From positions 30,442,001 to 30,506,000 of the forward strand of contig OZ024756.1 in the NCBI GenBank assembly GCA_964016885.1: DNA of 64,000 nucleotides, given 5' to 3'. The translations under genes and the position numbers were made by a program. The first letter of the stretch is position 1; each line of letters begins with the position of its first letter. The DNA is from Eledone cirrhosa (lineage: Eukaryota). Positions 41,202 through 53,848 of this stretch are shown here, piece after piece. The notes beneath the pieces are model-generated. The model was given only the letters and a program-made list of their open reading frames with translations. It was not told the DNA's origin and did not search any database.

Positions 41202-41245
<44 letters not shown>

Positions 41246-41901
41246 TCTTTCTATATATAGAGAGAGACATGTTGCTCATGGCATGGGGAAACGTATACGG
41301 AGGCCACATGAAGTATAGTATCTATGTTCCTTATCAGCCACCTACTAGAAGTACATATTTGTGCTGTACAAATACACTATAACGTCATTCTCTAACGTCA
41401 TACACTTGCTATAGAAGCATAGCCGACAGTCACATATACATAATACACAACTACACTTCAGATATTTTTTTTCTCCATATTGTTTTCTTCAAATATATGC
41501 TTCTCCGCCGCCCTAGTGGCGAATGTTAAAAACAACGTCGTTGTTATTGTTATAATCATCATCACCACCACCACCACCACTACCATCACCACCACCACCA
41601 CCACCACCACCACCACCACCACCACCGCCACCACCATCATCACCACCACCACCACCGCCGCTGCAACCACCACCACCACCGCCACCGAAACCACCACCAC
41701 CGAAACCACCACTACCCCCCCCCACACAACCACCGCCACCACCACCACCACTACCACCGCCACTACCACCGCCACCACCACCACTACCACCGCCACCACC
41801 ACCAACACCAACACTACCACCGTCACCATCACCACCACCGCCACCACCACCACCACCACCACCACCAACACCACCATCGCCACCACAACCACCATCAACA
41901 C

Positions 41902-41933
<32 letters not shown>

Positions 41934-42682
41934 CTACCACTTTCATCATCATCATCATCGTCATCATCACCATCATTATTATTATTCAATATATGGTGGT
42001 GGTGGTGGTGGTGGTGGTGGTGATGATGGTGGTGGCGGTGGTAGTGGTGGTGGTGGTGGCGGCGGTGGTGGTGTTGTTGTTGTTTTTGTTGGTGGTGGTG
42101 GTGGTGGTGGTGGTGATAATTATAACAATAACAACGACGACGATGTTTTTAACATTCGCCACTAAGATCGGTAAAACCATGCTTTGCCGCATAGAGTTAC
42201 GGCCCTTTATGATCTGAGTTCAAATCCCGCCGAGGTTAACTTTGCCTTTCATCCTTACGAGGGTCGATAAAATAAAGTACCAGTAATGTACTGGGTAATT
42301 GCTGGCCTTGTGCCAAAAGTAGAAACAATTATTATTCAATATATTTTAAATGTTTATAGCGTACTTCTTACCGAACTGCAGCTTCGTGTGTGTTCATCGG
42401 GTACAGGTAGTTATTTTATTTTTATTTTATCTTATTGTATTTTATTTATTATTTCATAATATATTTATTTGATGCGACTGGTTAGCGGTGGAGGTTGTGT
42501 GTGTTTTCTATTATATTGAAATGTAGTCTACGTGCAATTGTCTAGTGAGTGGTGCTAATACTATTACGATTAACTTAGTTTCTATTTTCCTAGTCACGAG
42601 AAATGATTGAAATTGCTAAAGCAAAGCATATTGAATTGAAGACGGAGAGAAAGGAAGAGAAAAGGGATATATTGAGAGAGAG

Positions 42683-42718
<36 letters not shown>

Positions 42719-42744
42719 AGAGATGGAGAGCGAACAAGCAAGCG

Positions 42745-43130
42745 AGAAAGTGTGTGACAGAGATAGGGGGTGAGAGCCTGAGAGCGAGAGAGAAAGCGAG
42801 AGAGAGTGATAAAGAGAAAGTGTGAGGCAGAGATAGGGGGTGAGAGCCTGAGAGCTTGAGAGCGAGAGAGAAAGAGAGAGAGAGTGATAAAGAGAAAGTG
42901 TGAGGCAGAGATAGGGGGTGAGAGCCTGTGAGCGAGAGAGAAAGAGAGAGAGAGTAATAAAGAGAAAGTGTGTGACAGAGATAGGGGGTGAGAGCCTGAA
43001 AGCGAGAGAGAAAGAGAGAGAGTGATAAAGAGAAAGTGTGAGGCAGAGATAGGGGGTGAGAGCCTGAGGGCTTGAGAGCGAGAGAGAAAGAGAGAGAGTG
43101 AGTGAGAAAGAGAAAGTGTGAGGCAGAGAT
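42745..43130. repeat. GA-rich minisatellite, ~65-75-bp unit, about six copies
   Basis: Repeating agaaagtgtgaggcagagatagggggtgagagcctg with variable (GA)n. Confidence 0.85.
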
Positions 43131-43284
43131 AAAGAGAGAAAGAGTGACAGAGAGAGCGAGCAATATATTATTAATTTTCTATTGAAAGAAGGGAAAAAAT
43201 AGGTCAGAACAGAATTTCACACAAGGAAATGCTACAGAAGGAAATAGGAAATAAATGGTTAAATCTGTTGCAAACACAAACATA

Positions 43285-43445
<161 letters not shown>

Positions 43446-43899
43446 AGTCTGTGTGTGAGTATATATATATATGTGTGTGTGTGTATGTGGAGAGATATTG
43501 AGGAAATCAGAGATATAAAAGGTGAGAGGGATTGAGAGAGAAGGACAGAGAGAACGGGAGAGGGTGACAGAGGGGGAAAATGGTTCTCCATGGACGAACA
43601 GCCAGGGATCGTGGTTAAATAAGGTATTCAATACATTCATTCAGTAGAGAGGTTAGATAATAATATATTTATAATGGGAGTTGTAGCTACTGAAATAGTA
43701 TTGTTACAATCTGATGAAATCATGAAACAACACTAGTCTTGTAACAGTCATTAACATCTGGAACAGTTTATTCACAACGCATACACAAACACCCACCGAC
43801 ACACAGACAGACAGAGACGTACACACACACACACAAACACACACACTCACACACACACATACACACCCACAAACACACATATATATACGTATATATATC

Positions 43900-44122
43900 G
43901 TGAAGGCGCGTGGCTGAATGGTAAGAGAATTGGATTCAGAATCGTAAGGTTGTGAGTACAATTAGCGGACCGGGTGATGCGTTATGTTCTCGAGTAAAAC
44001 ACTTTATTTCACGTTGTTCCTTCTACATGAATTTGCGACCAATAGATAGTATTAGCAATTGGAAAGACTTGTGGAAACATTGTTTCCTCGGTCCAATTTG
44101 ACGAAAAATCGAACGACTTTTG
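43900..44122 (+). mobile_element. Second tRNA-derived SINE family (CORE-like body); related copies at ~9276-9380, 16057-16250, 50875-51010
   Basis: GAAGGCGCGTGGCTGAATGGTAAG head, degenerate B box, (C)TTGAGCAAGACACTTTATTTCACGTTG-type body shared among copies. Confidence 0.6.
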
Positions 44123-44230
44123 ATATATATATATGAAAAAATTCAGTACTTCGACACCTAAGTTCCGGCCGTTTCCACAGCAAGATCCGAACTCATTCTA
44201 CTACCCCAAGTTTTTGCCGCCTCCAATCTG

Positions 44231-44294
<64 letters not shown>

Positions 44295-44300
44295 ACATAC

Positions 44301-44362
<62 letters not shown>

Positions 44363-45794
44363 CTATTTAGGGTAGCACATATTTTAGTGTACCAGTTGTT
44401 GCATTATTGAAAGATTCCTTAAGAATTTAAACTGGATAGTATATAGAAATAGAGTTCTTTGAAAGATTAAATAACCGTAGTTCGGTTTGAGCTTAAGCTT
44501 AAGGCTATATTAAGTCTTCTTCAATACAAATGTCCAATAACGAAAAGAGAATTGAATATCTGGTTTCCGGTACTCTAGAGTATAAGAGGGATTGAGGGCA
44601 TTTGGAATGGATTTTAAGGATTACATTACCAAATCATTGAATATTATCCCACTGTAATGTCTTAGTATATCACGCATATAAGAACACATCTAAGAACCAA
44701 GCTGAATCGCCTGATACAAATATATTTTCTAATCATAATGGTAATAAAGATGATGATGATATTGGTGATGATAGTGTTGATTAGAATGAGAAATCTTATA
44801 ACAATTATCATCATCATCATTATAAGCATCATCATTATCTTCAGTTCATGTTTCATCTAGATCAACGCTGCTTTCCCCTGCTTCAGGACCGATAAATAAT
44901 TGTTTCTACATTTGGAACAATGCCAGCAATTACCTCAGTGTATTACTGGTGCTTTATTTTATCGAGCCCGTAAGGATGAAAGGCAAGGTTAACGGCGGAA
45001 TTTGAACTCAGAACACAAAGGACCATGGTGTCTGACATTCTACCGATATTGCCAAACCACCGTCAATGTATCTTATCCAGGGGCTAGACAATGATGATGA
45101 TATTGGTGATGATGATGATGGTGATGACTGAAGAATATGCTGACGAACATCAGTTGAGCCGCGGTTTTAGTTCGGCTCTCTGCTCGTTGAATTTATGTCT
45201 CATCTAAGTGAACATTGCTTTTGATCCCTTCAGGACCGATGAATAAGGATTTATACGACACAAGACCGGTAATTTGAGGAGATGGGAAAGTCGATTATAT
45301 CGACCCCAGTACATTACTGGTGCAATATTTTATCCCCGTAAGGAGGAGAGGCAAAGTTAACCTCGGCAGGATTTGAACTCAGAACATAAAAAGCTACAAA
45401 GAATGGGATCCGACACTCTACCGATTCTGTGAATCCATCGCCCTGTACCTTGTCCAGGAGACGTGTTGTGGTGGCATTGTTAAAGGGTCAAACGGTATCA
45501 TTTGCGCTTTGAGATCAAGTTTCTCATCCTTATGCTAGGAGTTATGACTAGCAGGTAGCATCTGCATTTGTAAAGACCAATGAAAACAATATCTCCTTTG
45601 TTTTAACTGACGATCGGTTCATTTACATTCCTTTTTTTGTGTGTATTATTTCTTAATACTTTCCATACAATTTTTGCTGACCGTTCATCATATCACGGCA
45701 ATATACGGACAGGATATAAGGGAAAGCTGATGTGCAACGACATGTATTTATTATATGGTCGAATCTGCATTAATTTCTAGGTTCGGTGGAGGAA

Positions 45795-46635
45795 GGTGGA
45801 TTGGCAGTATCGGTAGGGGGCCTTTCGTCCTTACTGGGTCGATAAAATAAAGTACCGGTAACGCACTAGGATAATTGCTGGCCTTGTGCCAAAAAGTAGA
45901 AACAATTATTATTATTACTTAGGTGGATTGGCAGTATCGGTAGAGGGTCGGACGCCATGCTTTCCAGCATAGTTACGTCCCTTTACGATCTGAGTTCAAA
46001 TCCCGCCGAGGTTGACTTTGCCTTTCATCCTTACGGGGTCGATAAAATAAAGTACCAGTAATGCACTGGTTAATTGCTGGCCTTGTGCCTAAAGTAGAAA
46101 CAATTATTACTTAGGTAGTTACGTAGTAAAGGGCTGTGGATTGGCAGTATCGGTAGAGAGTCGGACGCCATGCTTTGCAGCATAGAGTTACGCCCCTTTA
46201 TGATCTAAGTTCAAATCCCGCCGAGGTTAACTTTGCCTTTGATCCATACAGGGTCGATAAAATAAAGTACCAGTAATACACTGGGATAATTGCTGGCCTT
46301 GTGCCAAAAGTAGAAATAATTATTACTTAGGTAGTGGATTGGCAGTATAGGTAGAGGGTCGGACGTCATGCTTTGACGGATAGAGTTACACCCCTTTACG
46401 ATCTGAGTTCAATTCCCACCTAGGTTAACTTTGTCTTTCATCCTTACGGGGTCGATAAAATAAAGTACCAGTAATGCACTGGGGGTAATTGCTGATCTCG
46501 TGCCAAAAGTAGAACCAATTATTATTTTAGTATCGATAGAACGTTGGATGCCATGCTTTGCAGCATAGAGTTACGCCCCTTTACGATCTGAGTTCAAATC
46601 CCACCGAGCTTAACGTTGCCTTTCATCCTTACGGA
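45795..46635 (+). mobile_element. Head-to-tail array of about five tRNA-derived SINE copies (dominant SINE family of the window)
   Basis: Units read GGTGGATTGGCAGTATCGGTAGAG (A box)...GAGTTCAAATCC (B box)...GCCTTTCATCCTTACGGGGTCGATAAAATAAAGTACCAG (conserved body; recalled as Meta-domain-like, unverified)...CCTTGTGCCAAAAGTAGAAACAATTATT. Confidence 0.88.
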
Positions 46636-46989
46636 AGTTTTTTTTCCCTCAAAACCTGTCTATATATATTTTGGCACCCCTTTGTATTGAAAGGTATAGA
46701 AGCTTGTGGGAAGATGGGATTTTTATTATTTTTATCATTATTTTTCATCTAGATTTTATCTTCCTTCTACGCATCGTATTTTTGTGTTCTCACATCTTTT
46801 TTATTACATTTACGTTTCTTCTTCTTCTTCTTCTTCTTCTTCTTTAGTTTAGTTTTGTCTTTTACACCCTTCCATCACCACTGCCTCAATATTTCTTGCC
46901 CACACAACTCACAGCTGCTCCCTCACACTTCTTTCTTCTCTGCATTTTATTTGTTACTTTCCCTTTCCTGTTGCATCTTATTTCGTTAC

Positions 46990-47052
<63 letters not shown>

Positions 47053-48067
47053 CACTATTTTTTTATTTTCATTCTCTATTGTTATTCTTATTAGCCTTAT
47101 TTTCTTAATACGTCTTAACACTCCATTTATGACATGGTGGTTTGCCTTGAATTTTGTTCGGGATTAATTTCTTCTTTTTCACATCTGAGAAACGTCAACC
47201 ACACTAATAATAAAAATTCCATATAATGTATTTTGGTCACGAATCTGTGCAGATCCTGCTTTTATAGCTCAATTATCTTGCCGCTTCCAGAACAAATAAA
47301 CTGGACATGTTTTTCCCCCAACTAAAAGCTTCGATATTCGTTACAAAAATGGCGGCCAATTTCATTGTAATCCCTCAGCTAAATCTCGTAAATATTGTCT
47401 AGAATTCAATGAAGATAGTAATCTTATGTATTATTACAGGCTTCAAACCTAGCGCTGGCTTTTAGATCGAGAATCATCGAGCAGGAATTAAGCACTTTAT
47501 GGAAACAAATCCGTAAGATAGTTTCGATTCTTGCCAGATTGAAATCCATTATTCATTTTCCATTTTTTTTTTTATTTTACAATCTCCATTTTATCCATTG
47601 TGAATTCTGAACCTGTTTAAGATAGCAGTAAATATTATATATGTTAACTTTTAGTGTTAATATAATGCATGGCCTATTGAAAACCAGCAACATATAAATA
47701 TTTCGCCAAGGATGGGGCTCAAAGCAGTATTAATCTTACTAAAATAATATTTTCATTTTGTGTTATAGAATTTTCAGGAGAAAATGCTAAACATGCATCA
47801 ATATTAATCAGATTTCATCAGTGAATCAAATACCCCCCGTGACATGCCAAATTAGCGATTAAACAATAACTGTAAAATCGTACACAAGTATTCAATAGTG
47901 GTGGCTCTAACACAGTGCAGTTCTTAATAGATGAGTATTTGGAAGCATATACAATAGGTTTATGTATAATAAACCTATATAAGTCTCGCTGTGGGTATTT
48001 GAAGCTGTAGTCATATCACAACTTAAGGTAGCAACTCCGAGAGTTTATTATGTACATAATCACAATA

Positions 48068-48258
48068 TGGCGGTGGATTGGCAGTATCGGTAGAGAGTCG
48101 GACGCCATGCCTTGACGCATAGAGTTACGGCCCTTGCCATTCTGAGTTCAAATCCGGCCGAGGTTAACTTTGCCTTTCATCCTTACGGGGTCGATAAAAT
48201 AAAGTACCAGTAATGCACTGGTAATTGCTGGCCTTGTGCCAAAAGTAGAAACAATTAT
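48068..48258 (+). mobile_element. Full-length SINE copy with TSD; further plus-strand copies at ~12544, 13790, 14015, 14232, 17330, 18585, 18780, 19290, 19715, 19940, 38170, 42165, 57815
   Basis: Complete consensus, flanked by the direct repeat ttatgtacataatcaca. Confidence 0.88.
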
Positions 48259-49258
48259 GTACATAATCACATTTACCTTTCTTCTTACCGGGGTGGATAA
48301 ACTATAGTACCAGTAAAATAGTGGGGGGATAAATAGATAAAACCAATTAAATACTGCGGTCAATGCAATCGACATGTCCCCCACATCAATTACTGGCATT
48401 TGGCATAAATTATAAAACATTATACATAGGTATATTGTATTTGGCTTCATATACGCTTATATTATAATAGATAGGTTTGCGTTCCCAAATTCAACGTAGA
48501 AGGCATTAGAAAGTTCTCTAAAAGGTGTGAATATCGTGTGAATAAAAAATGAACTAAATTAATAAGAGCCAACGAATAGTTTTATATTTTTGTCTGTAAG
48601 GCAAGCAGTGTCTTATTCGGAGTCTCATTCAGTCTCCATCACCCAAATATACTCTCCAGTATAGTAAAGAATAAATAACCCAAAGATCTATTGTCAGCAA
48701 ATACAACAGCTACGTTTTTAGTTGTTAGCATATTAAAACTAGCGAACCTTTAATGGAATAATTGCGCCAAGACCAATTGTTAATATAGGTATAACTTATT
48801 TAACGCATGCAGCATTATGGAGCTAACTAGAAATATTAGTATGATGAGTCAGAGAAAAATACGTTAGTGTTATCATATTTAATGAATATTGGCGCCATAC
48901 TTATCAAATACAGTAGCTAAGTAAGTGTGAACATATTAAACGGAAGGTACATTTAATGAAATATTTATAAACTGAGACAGATAGTTGGGTTAGTGTTAAC
49001 ATATTTAATTCATAGGGAATTATAATGGTTGACGAGAAGCAATTATGTAGTGTGACAGCCAGTTAACATGCTTACTATACTATATAGAGGCAGACAGTTA
49101 AGGCAGCGTCAACATACATGATAAATAAGAAATTAATTAAATGACTAAACTGACTGCTTGGAAATATCTACATTATGATGACAAACCAGGCATTGTCTGA
49201 TTAATTCCTTCTTGCACCAGTCGAACGTGAGGTAGACATATATATATATATATATATA

Positions 49259-49420
49259 GTTTTAATATAGATGATATTCTACAGGACTAGAACTGTTTCA
49301 TTCTTTAGAAATCATCAGCAATCTCTGTAGAATCTCATCTATATTAAAACTTTTATACGCTGCTATGTATTGAGTACCTTACTTACTGTGGTTACCTCCG
49401 ATTCAACCCGGAATAACTTA

Positions 49421-49422
<2 letters not shown>
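49259..49422 (-). mobile_element. TA-bounded PLE-derived insert with HHR-like core and inverted tail
   Basis: Minus: CUGAUGA-UUUCUAAAGAAU-GAAA-CAGUUCUAGUC (about 49285-49318; stem III imperfect). Inverted arm ctgtagaat...attaaaac followed by GTATTGAGTACC. Related fragment at ~38572-38650. Confidence 0.6.
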
Positions 49423-49489
<67 letters not shown>

Positions 49490-49620
49490 ACACACCCACA
49501 CACACACATATGGATATGACATTTCTAATAATCTCTACGTTAAATTTGGGAACACTAACCTATCTATTATAATAGAAGCGGATATGAAACTAAATATAAT
49601 ATGCCTATGTATGTATGTAT

Positions 49621-49686
<66 letters not shown>

Positions 49687-49845
49687 TATATATTGTATTA
49701 TATTAAAAACAATGCGAGGTTTCATATTAAGGTCTTTATTAATTATACACCACCCCTCTTTGGTTTAAATATATACACTCTGCCATAGCACAGAGTGGTG
49801 ACTTTGGTACCTTCCTCAGTAAACCAAGAATCTACTGAACTACCT

Positions 49846-49879
<34 letters not shown>

Positions 49880-50025
49880 GAGAATGAGAAAATAGAAAAT
49901 GCGAAGTAGTTTCAGATGTTAAAGTCCTTTAAAGGACTTTAACATCTGAAACTACTTCGCATTTTCTCATTCTAAATATACTCGGTTTCTCCTATGTGGA
50001 AAAATGCGTCGAGTGCTTGATTTGA

Positions 50026-50030
<5 letters not shown>
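49880..50030 (+). mobile_element. TA-bounded insert with a perfect 74-bp palindrome plus tail
   Basis: Palindrome 49894-49967 centred on cctttaaagg; tail contains GCGTCGAGTGCT. Confidence 0.6.
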
Positions 50031-50072
<42 letters not shown>

Positions 50073-50209
50073 AAAGTTATATTTAAATTGTTGGGTTACA
50101 ACTAGTAAATATTAATAACTGATATAAAAGCTGCCAATTCAACTTTTCAAATACAAGTCGATGTTGTACGGTATGTCAAATCTATTTATCTATAAAACTG
50201 TTTATATTG

Positions 50210-50275
50210 TATTTTGTCTGAGGAAGGCATAGCATATTGTTAATATGATATCCCTGAAATATATATAATGAAATA
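50210..50275 (+). ncRNA. Hammerhead ribozyme, same family as 22474-22539
   Basis: TATTTTGT CTGAGGA aggcatagcatattgttaatatgatatccct GAAA TATATA TA ATGAAATA, inside a TA-bounded insert at ~50070-50318. Confidence 0.72.
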
Positions 50276-50315
50276 AATATGGTTTTATAAATATAGTTTA
50301 CATTTATTTAATATC

Positions 50316-50440
<125 letters not shown>

Positions 50441-51179
50441 GAGAGTCAATATCATTGAGAGACAATGATGATTTCTAATTCTAATATAAATGAAACAATT
50501 TTAAACGCTTCTGCCGTTCGTGTGACAGAGAGGCAGACGAAAGATAAATGGGCTGTAGCAATTTTTACGTTCAGTACGGGAAATAATTTCGTATATGCTT
50601 CAGTATATTCTAATCTCATCAGCGAAAGCATAGGCTTTACCGTAATTAATCACTAAGAAAATATAAAACTCTGTACATTTGATGCGGTAGAAAATAGAAT
50701 TGTCTGGACGATGAATTATTAATACTTTAGTAACCTTTTCCTCTATTCTCTACATCAAAGAACAAAGTTTGAAACTTTTCGCCACAATTCAATATCGATA
50801 AAATAGCTACTACTGATATAATAGTATACTCTTGTCAATTATATATCTTTCTCCGTCTTATATTTAAGATTTAGTGAAGGCGCATAGCTACGTGGATAGG
50901 GTGTTCATTTAACAACCTTACCATCATGAATGTTATTTGTTGGGCGGGCGTTTTGTTCTTGGGTAAAGCATTATATATGACGTTGCTGCTATCCACTCAG
51001 CTAGTAGAAAGGAATTGTACCTGTAGTTACCTCGAGCCAGCAAGAAATCGAGGCGCTTGTGTAATTGTTCAATTAATACGGCCTCCATGGTTCATTTCTA
51101 CTGAGTGTCGTTAAATTTGCAAGTCAGCAAGTGGATTGATCTGACATCATAATATACAGGAAGATATACACAGCAGGTG

Positions 51180-51265
51180 ATGCTAGGAGACACACAGTTC
51201 AAGTGTCACACCTGTGAACGTCCTTGCAGAACAGACGCTGTTAATGACCACCGCACACGGTAAAT
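51180..51265 (+). mobile_element. Decayed C2H2-like finger, probably another RTE 3' end
   Basis: FKCHTCERPCRT....DHRTR* in one frame; no splice context. Confidence 0.35.
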
Positions 51266-51346
51266 CACGAGGTGGACGTTCACTTCATTGGACAACTTGA
51301 ACCACCGGTTTCTTCTCATCGAAGAAACCGGTGGTTTTTGACGATG

Positions 51347-51704
51347 AAAAAAGATCGTGCCTGATTGTAGATGTAACCTGCCCCTTTGACACAAGAGTTC
51401 AGCAAAAGGAAAAAGAGAAAATTAACCGATAACAGGATTTAAAGTGGGAGATAAAATAGATTTGGGACTGTCATGAGATCAAGGTCGTACAGATTGTCAT
51501 AGGAGCACTAAGTACTATCTCGAATAGTTTTCAATGATGGTTAAAGTAAATTAGTCCAGCCCCCTTTTTTTGGTACATTTCAAAAGGAATGCTTGCTGGG
51601 AACAGCAAGAAACCTCCGATACGTCCTGAATATCCAAGGCTGCAGGTTTGGCTTGATGGTCATTTGAACAAAATTTCCAGCTAAATAACATCAATGATTG
51701 AAAC
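51347..51704 (+). mobile_element. R4/Dong 3' fragment, third and more decayed copy
   Basis: Nucleotide similarity to 5426-5800 throughout (aaaagatcgtgcctgattg...aacatcaatga), with stop codons. Confidence 0.8.
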
Positions 51705-53134
51705 GCCATCATCATCGCCATAACCATCATCACCGTATTCTTCGTCACCATCAACATTGTCATTGTCACCGCCACCAATACTATCATCACTATCACCACC
51801 ACCACAACCACCATCACTACTATCATGATTATCATCGCTATTATCACTGTCATGTAATCATAGCCATCATCAACATACAATTATCACAATCATCTTTACC
51901 ATCATCAACGCCACAATCACCACCACCGCTACCATCATCATCACCATCACCGCCATAATTTATCGTCATCACTATCACCATCACCATCATTAAATAATGT
52001 TTATTACTATATCTAAGCTCTACTGTCCACAATAGTCTGACCTACTGGACAGGACTGTTGAAATAAACAAAACCATAAAGGAAGACTGAAAATTATCTTA
52101 ATGAGAGAATTATTACATCCTTGCAATGGTGTCAACCATTTTCCTCGTTAGTGTTGTTGTTGTATGATAATGGTTTCTTATTTAGGCACAAGGCCAGCAA
52201 TTATCCCAGTGCATTACTGGTACTCTAGATTGTCGGCCCCGTACGGATGAAAGGCAAAGTTAACCTCGGTGGGATTTGAACTCAGCTCATAAAATGCCCT
52301 AACTCTTTGCTGCAAAGCATGGCATCCGACCCTCTACCGATACTGCCAATCCAACGTCCTTGATTTCTAGTATAGGGAGGGACAAGGCCAATAATTTAGA
52401 GGGGAAGGCAAAGTCGATTTAATTGACCCCAATGCATTACTGGTACTTTATTTTATCGACCCCGTAAGGATGAAAGGCAAAGTTAACCTCGGCGGGATTT
52501 GAACTCAGATCATAAAGGGAGGTAACTCTATGCTTCAAAGCATGGCGCCCGACCCTCTAGCGATACTGCCAATCCACTGTATCATTAATGTTATTAGATT
52601 CTGTTGGTAAGTGTATTTATTTGTAAATGACAAGAAAGCCAGCTGGTATTAGTTTTAGAAGATAAATCACAGTACCAATCAATTCTCTTAATAACTATCA
52701 GCTGCTGCTGCAACTGCTGCTGCAACTGCTGCTTCTTCTTCACCTCTCCTTCCTCATCCCTCTCTTTCTTCTTCTTCTTCTTCTTCTTCTTCTTCTTCTT
52801 CTTCTTCTTCTTCTTCTTCTTCTTCTTCTTCTTCTTCTTCTTCTTCTTCTTCTTCTTCTTCTTCTTCTTCTTCTTCTTCTTCTTCTTCTTCTTCTTCTTC
52901 TTCCATTCCTTAGTCTTTTCTCCTCCTCCTCCTCCTCCTCCTCCTCCTCCTCCTCCTCCTCCTCCCCCTCCTCACCCCCTCTGTCTTCATCACCACCACC
53001 ATCATCATCATCAGCATCATCATCATCAGCATCATCAGCGTCATCAGCGTCATCGCCATCGGCATCATCGTCGTCGTCATCATCGTCATCATCATCATCA
53101 TCGTCATCGTCATCGTCATCGGCATCGGCATCGG

Positions 53135-53187
<53 letters not shown>

Positions 53188-53759
53188 CCATCATCATCGT
53201 CATCATCATGACTAGATTATACACCTTTTTGATCTTAATCTAATTATCAGTACCATTCGAACACAGTTTGTAAATGTAGAATTGCTAAGAAGTATGATCA
53301 AGTAAGCCACGAGACCTAGCGTTCATTGGCGATACATAATATAATAAAACTGTTTAGAACGGGTGAGGAAAATGGCGGAATTTCTGAGTATTACAATATC
53401 ATATAGATTCACCCGTCAGATATACTGACTAATCAAACAACAAGAGAAGCTACAAGGTGGTCAAATGTTCAAACATAATTTGGAAGTTGACAAATAAGGA
53501 TTTCTATTATAGGCACACAAGGCCTGGAGTTTGGGAAAAGGGGAAAGTTGATTAAATCGACTGCAGTACGTGACTGGGACTTTATTTTATCGACTCCATA
53601 ACGATGAAAGGCAAAGATAACCTCGGCAGGATTGAACTCAACACGTAAAGGGGCGTAACTCTATGCCACGATGACGACGACGACGAAGAAGAAGAAGAAG
53701 AAGAAGAAGAAGAAGAAGAAGAAGAAGAAGAAGAAGAAGAAGAAGAAGAAGAATGAAAG

Positions 53760-53791
<32 letters not shown>

Positions 53792-53815
53792 AAGAAGAAG
53801 AAGAAGAAGAAGAAG

Positions 53816-53848
<33 letters not shown>

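Noticed and set aside
42745-43130. CRISPR-like repeat-spacer appearance
   Set aside because: Spacers are variable (GA)n runs, the context is eukaryotic and there are no cas genes; it is a minisatellite.
45920-46015. tRNA genes suggested by A/B boxes
   Set aside because: Each is followed by the SINE body and tail, and no complete cloverleaf forms.
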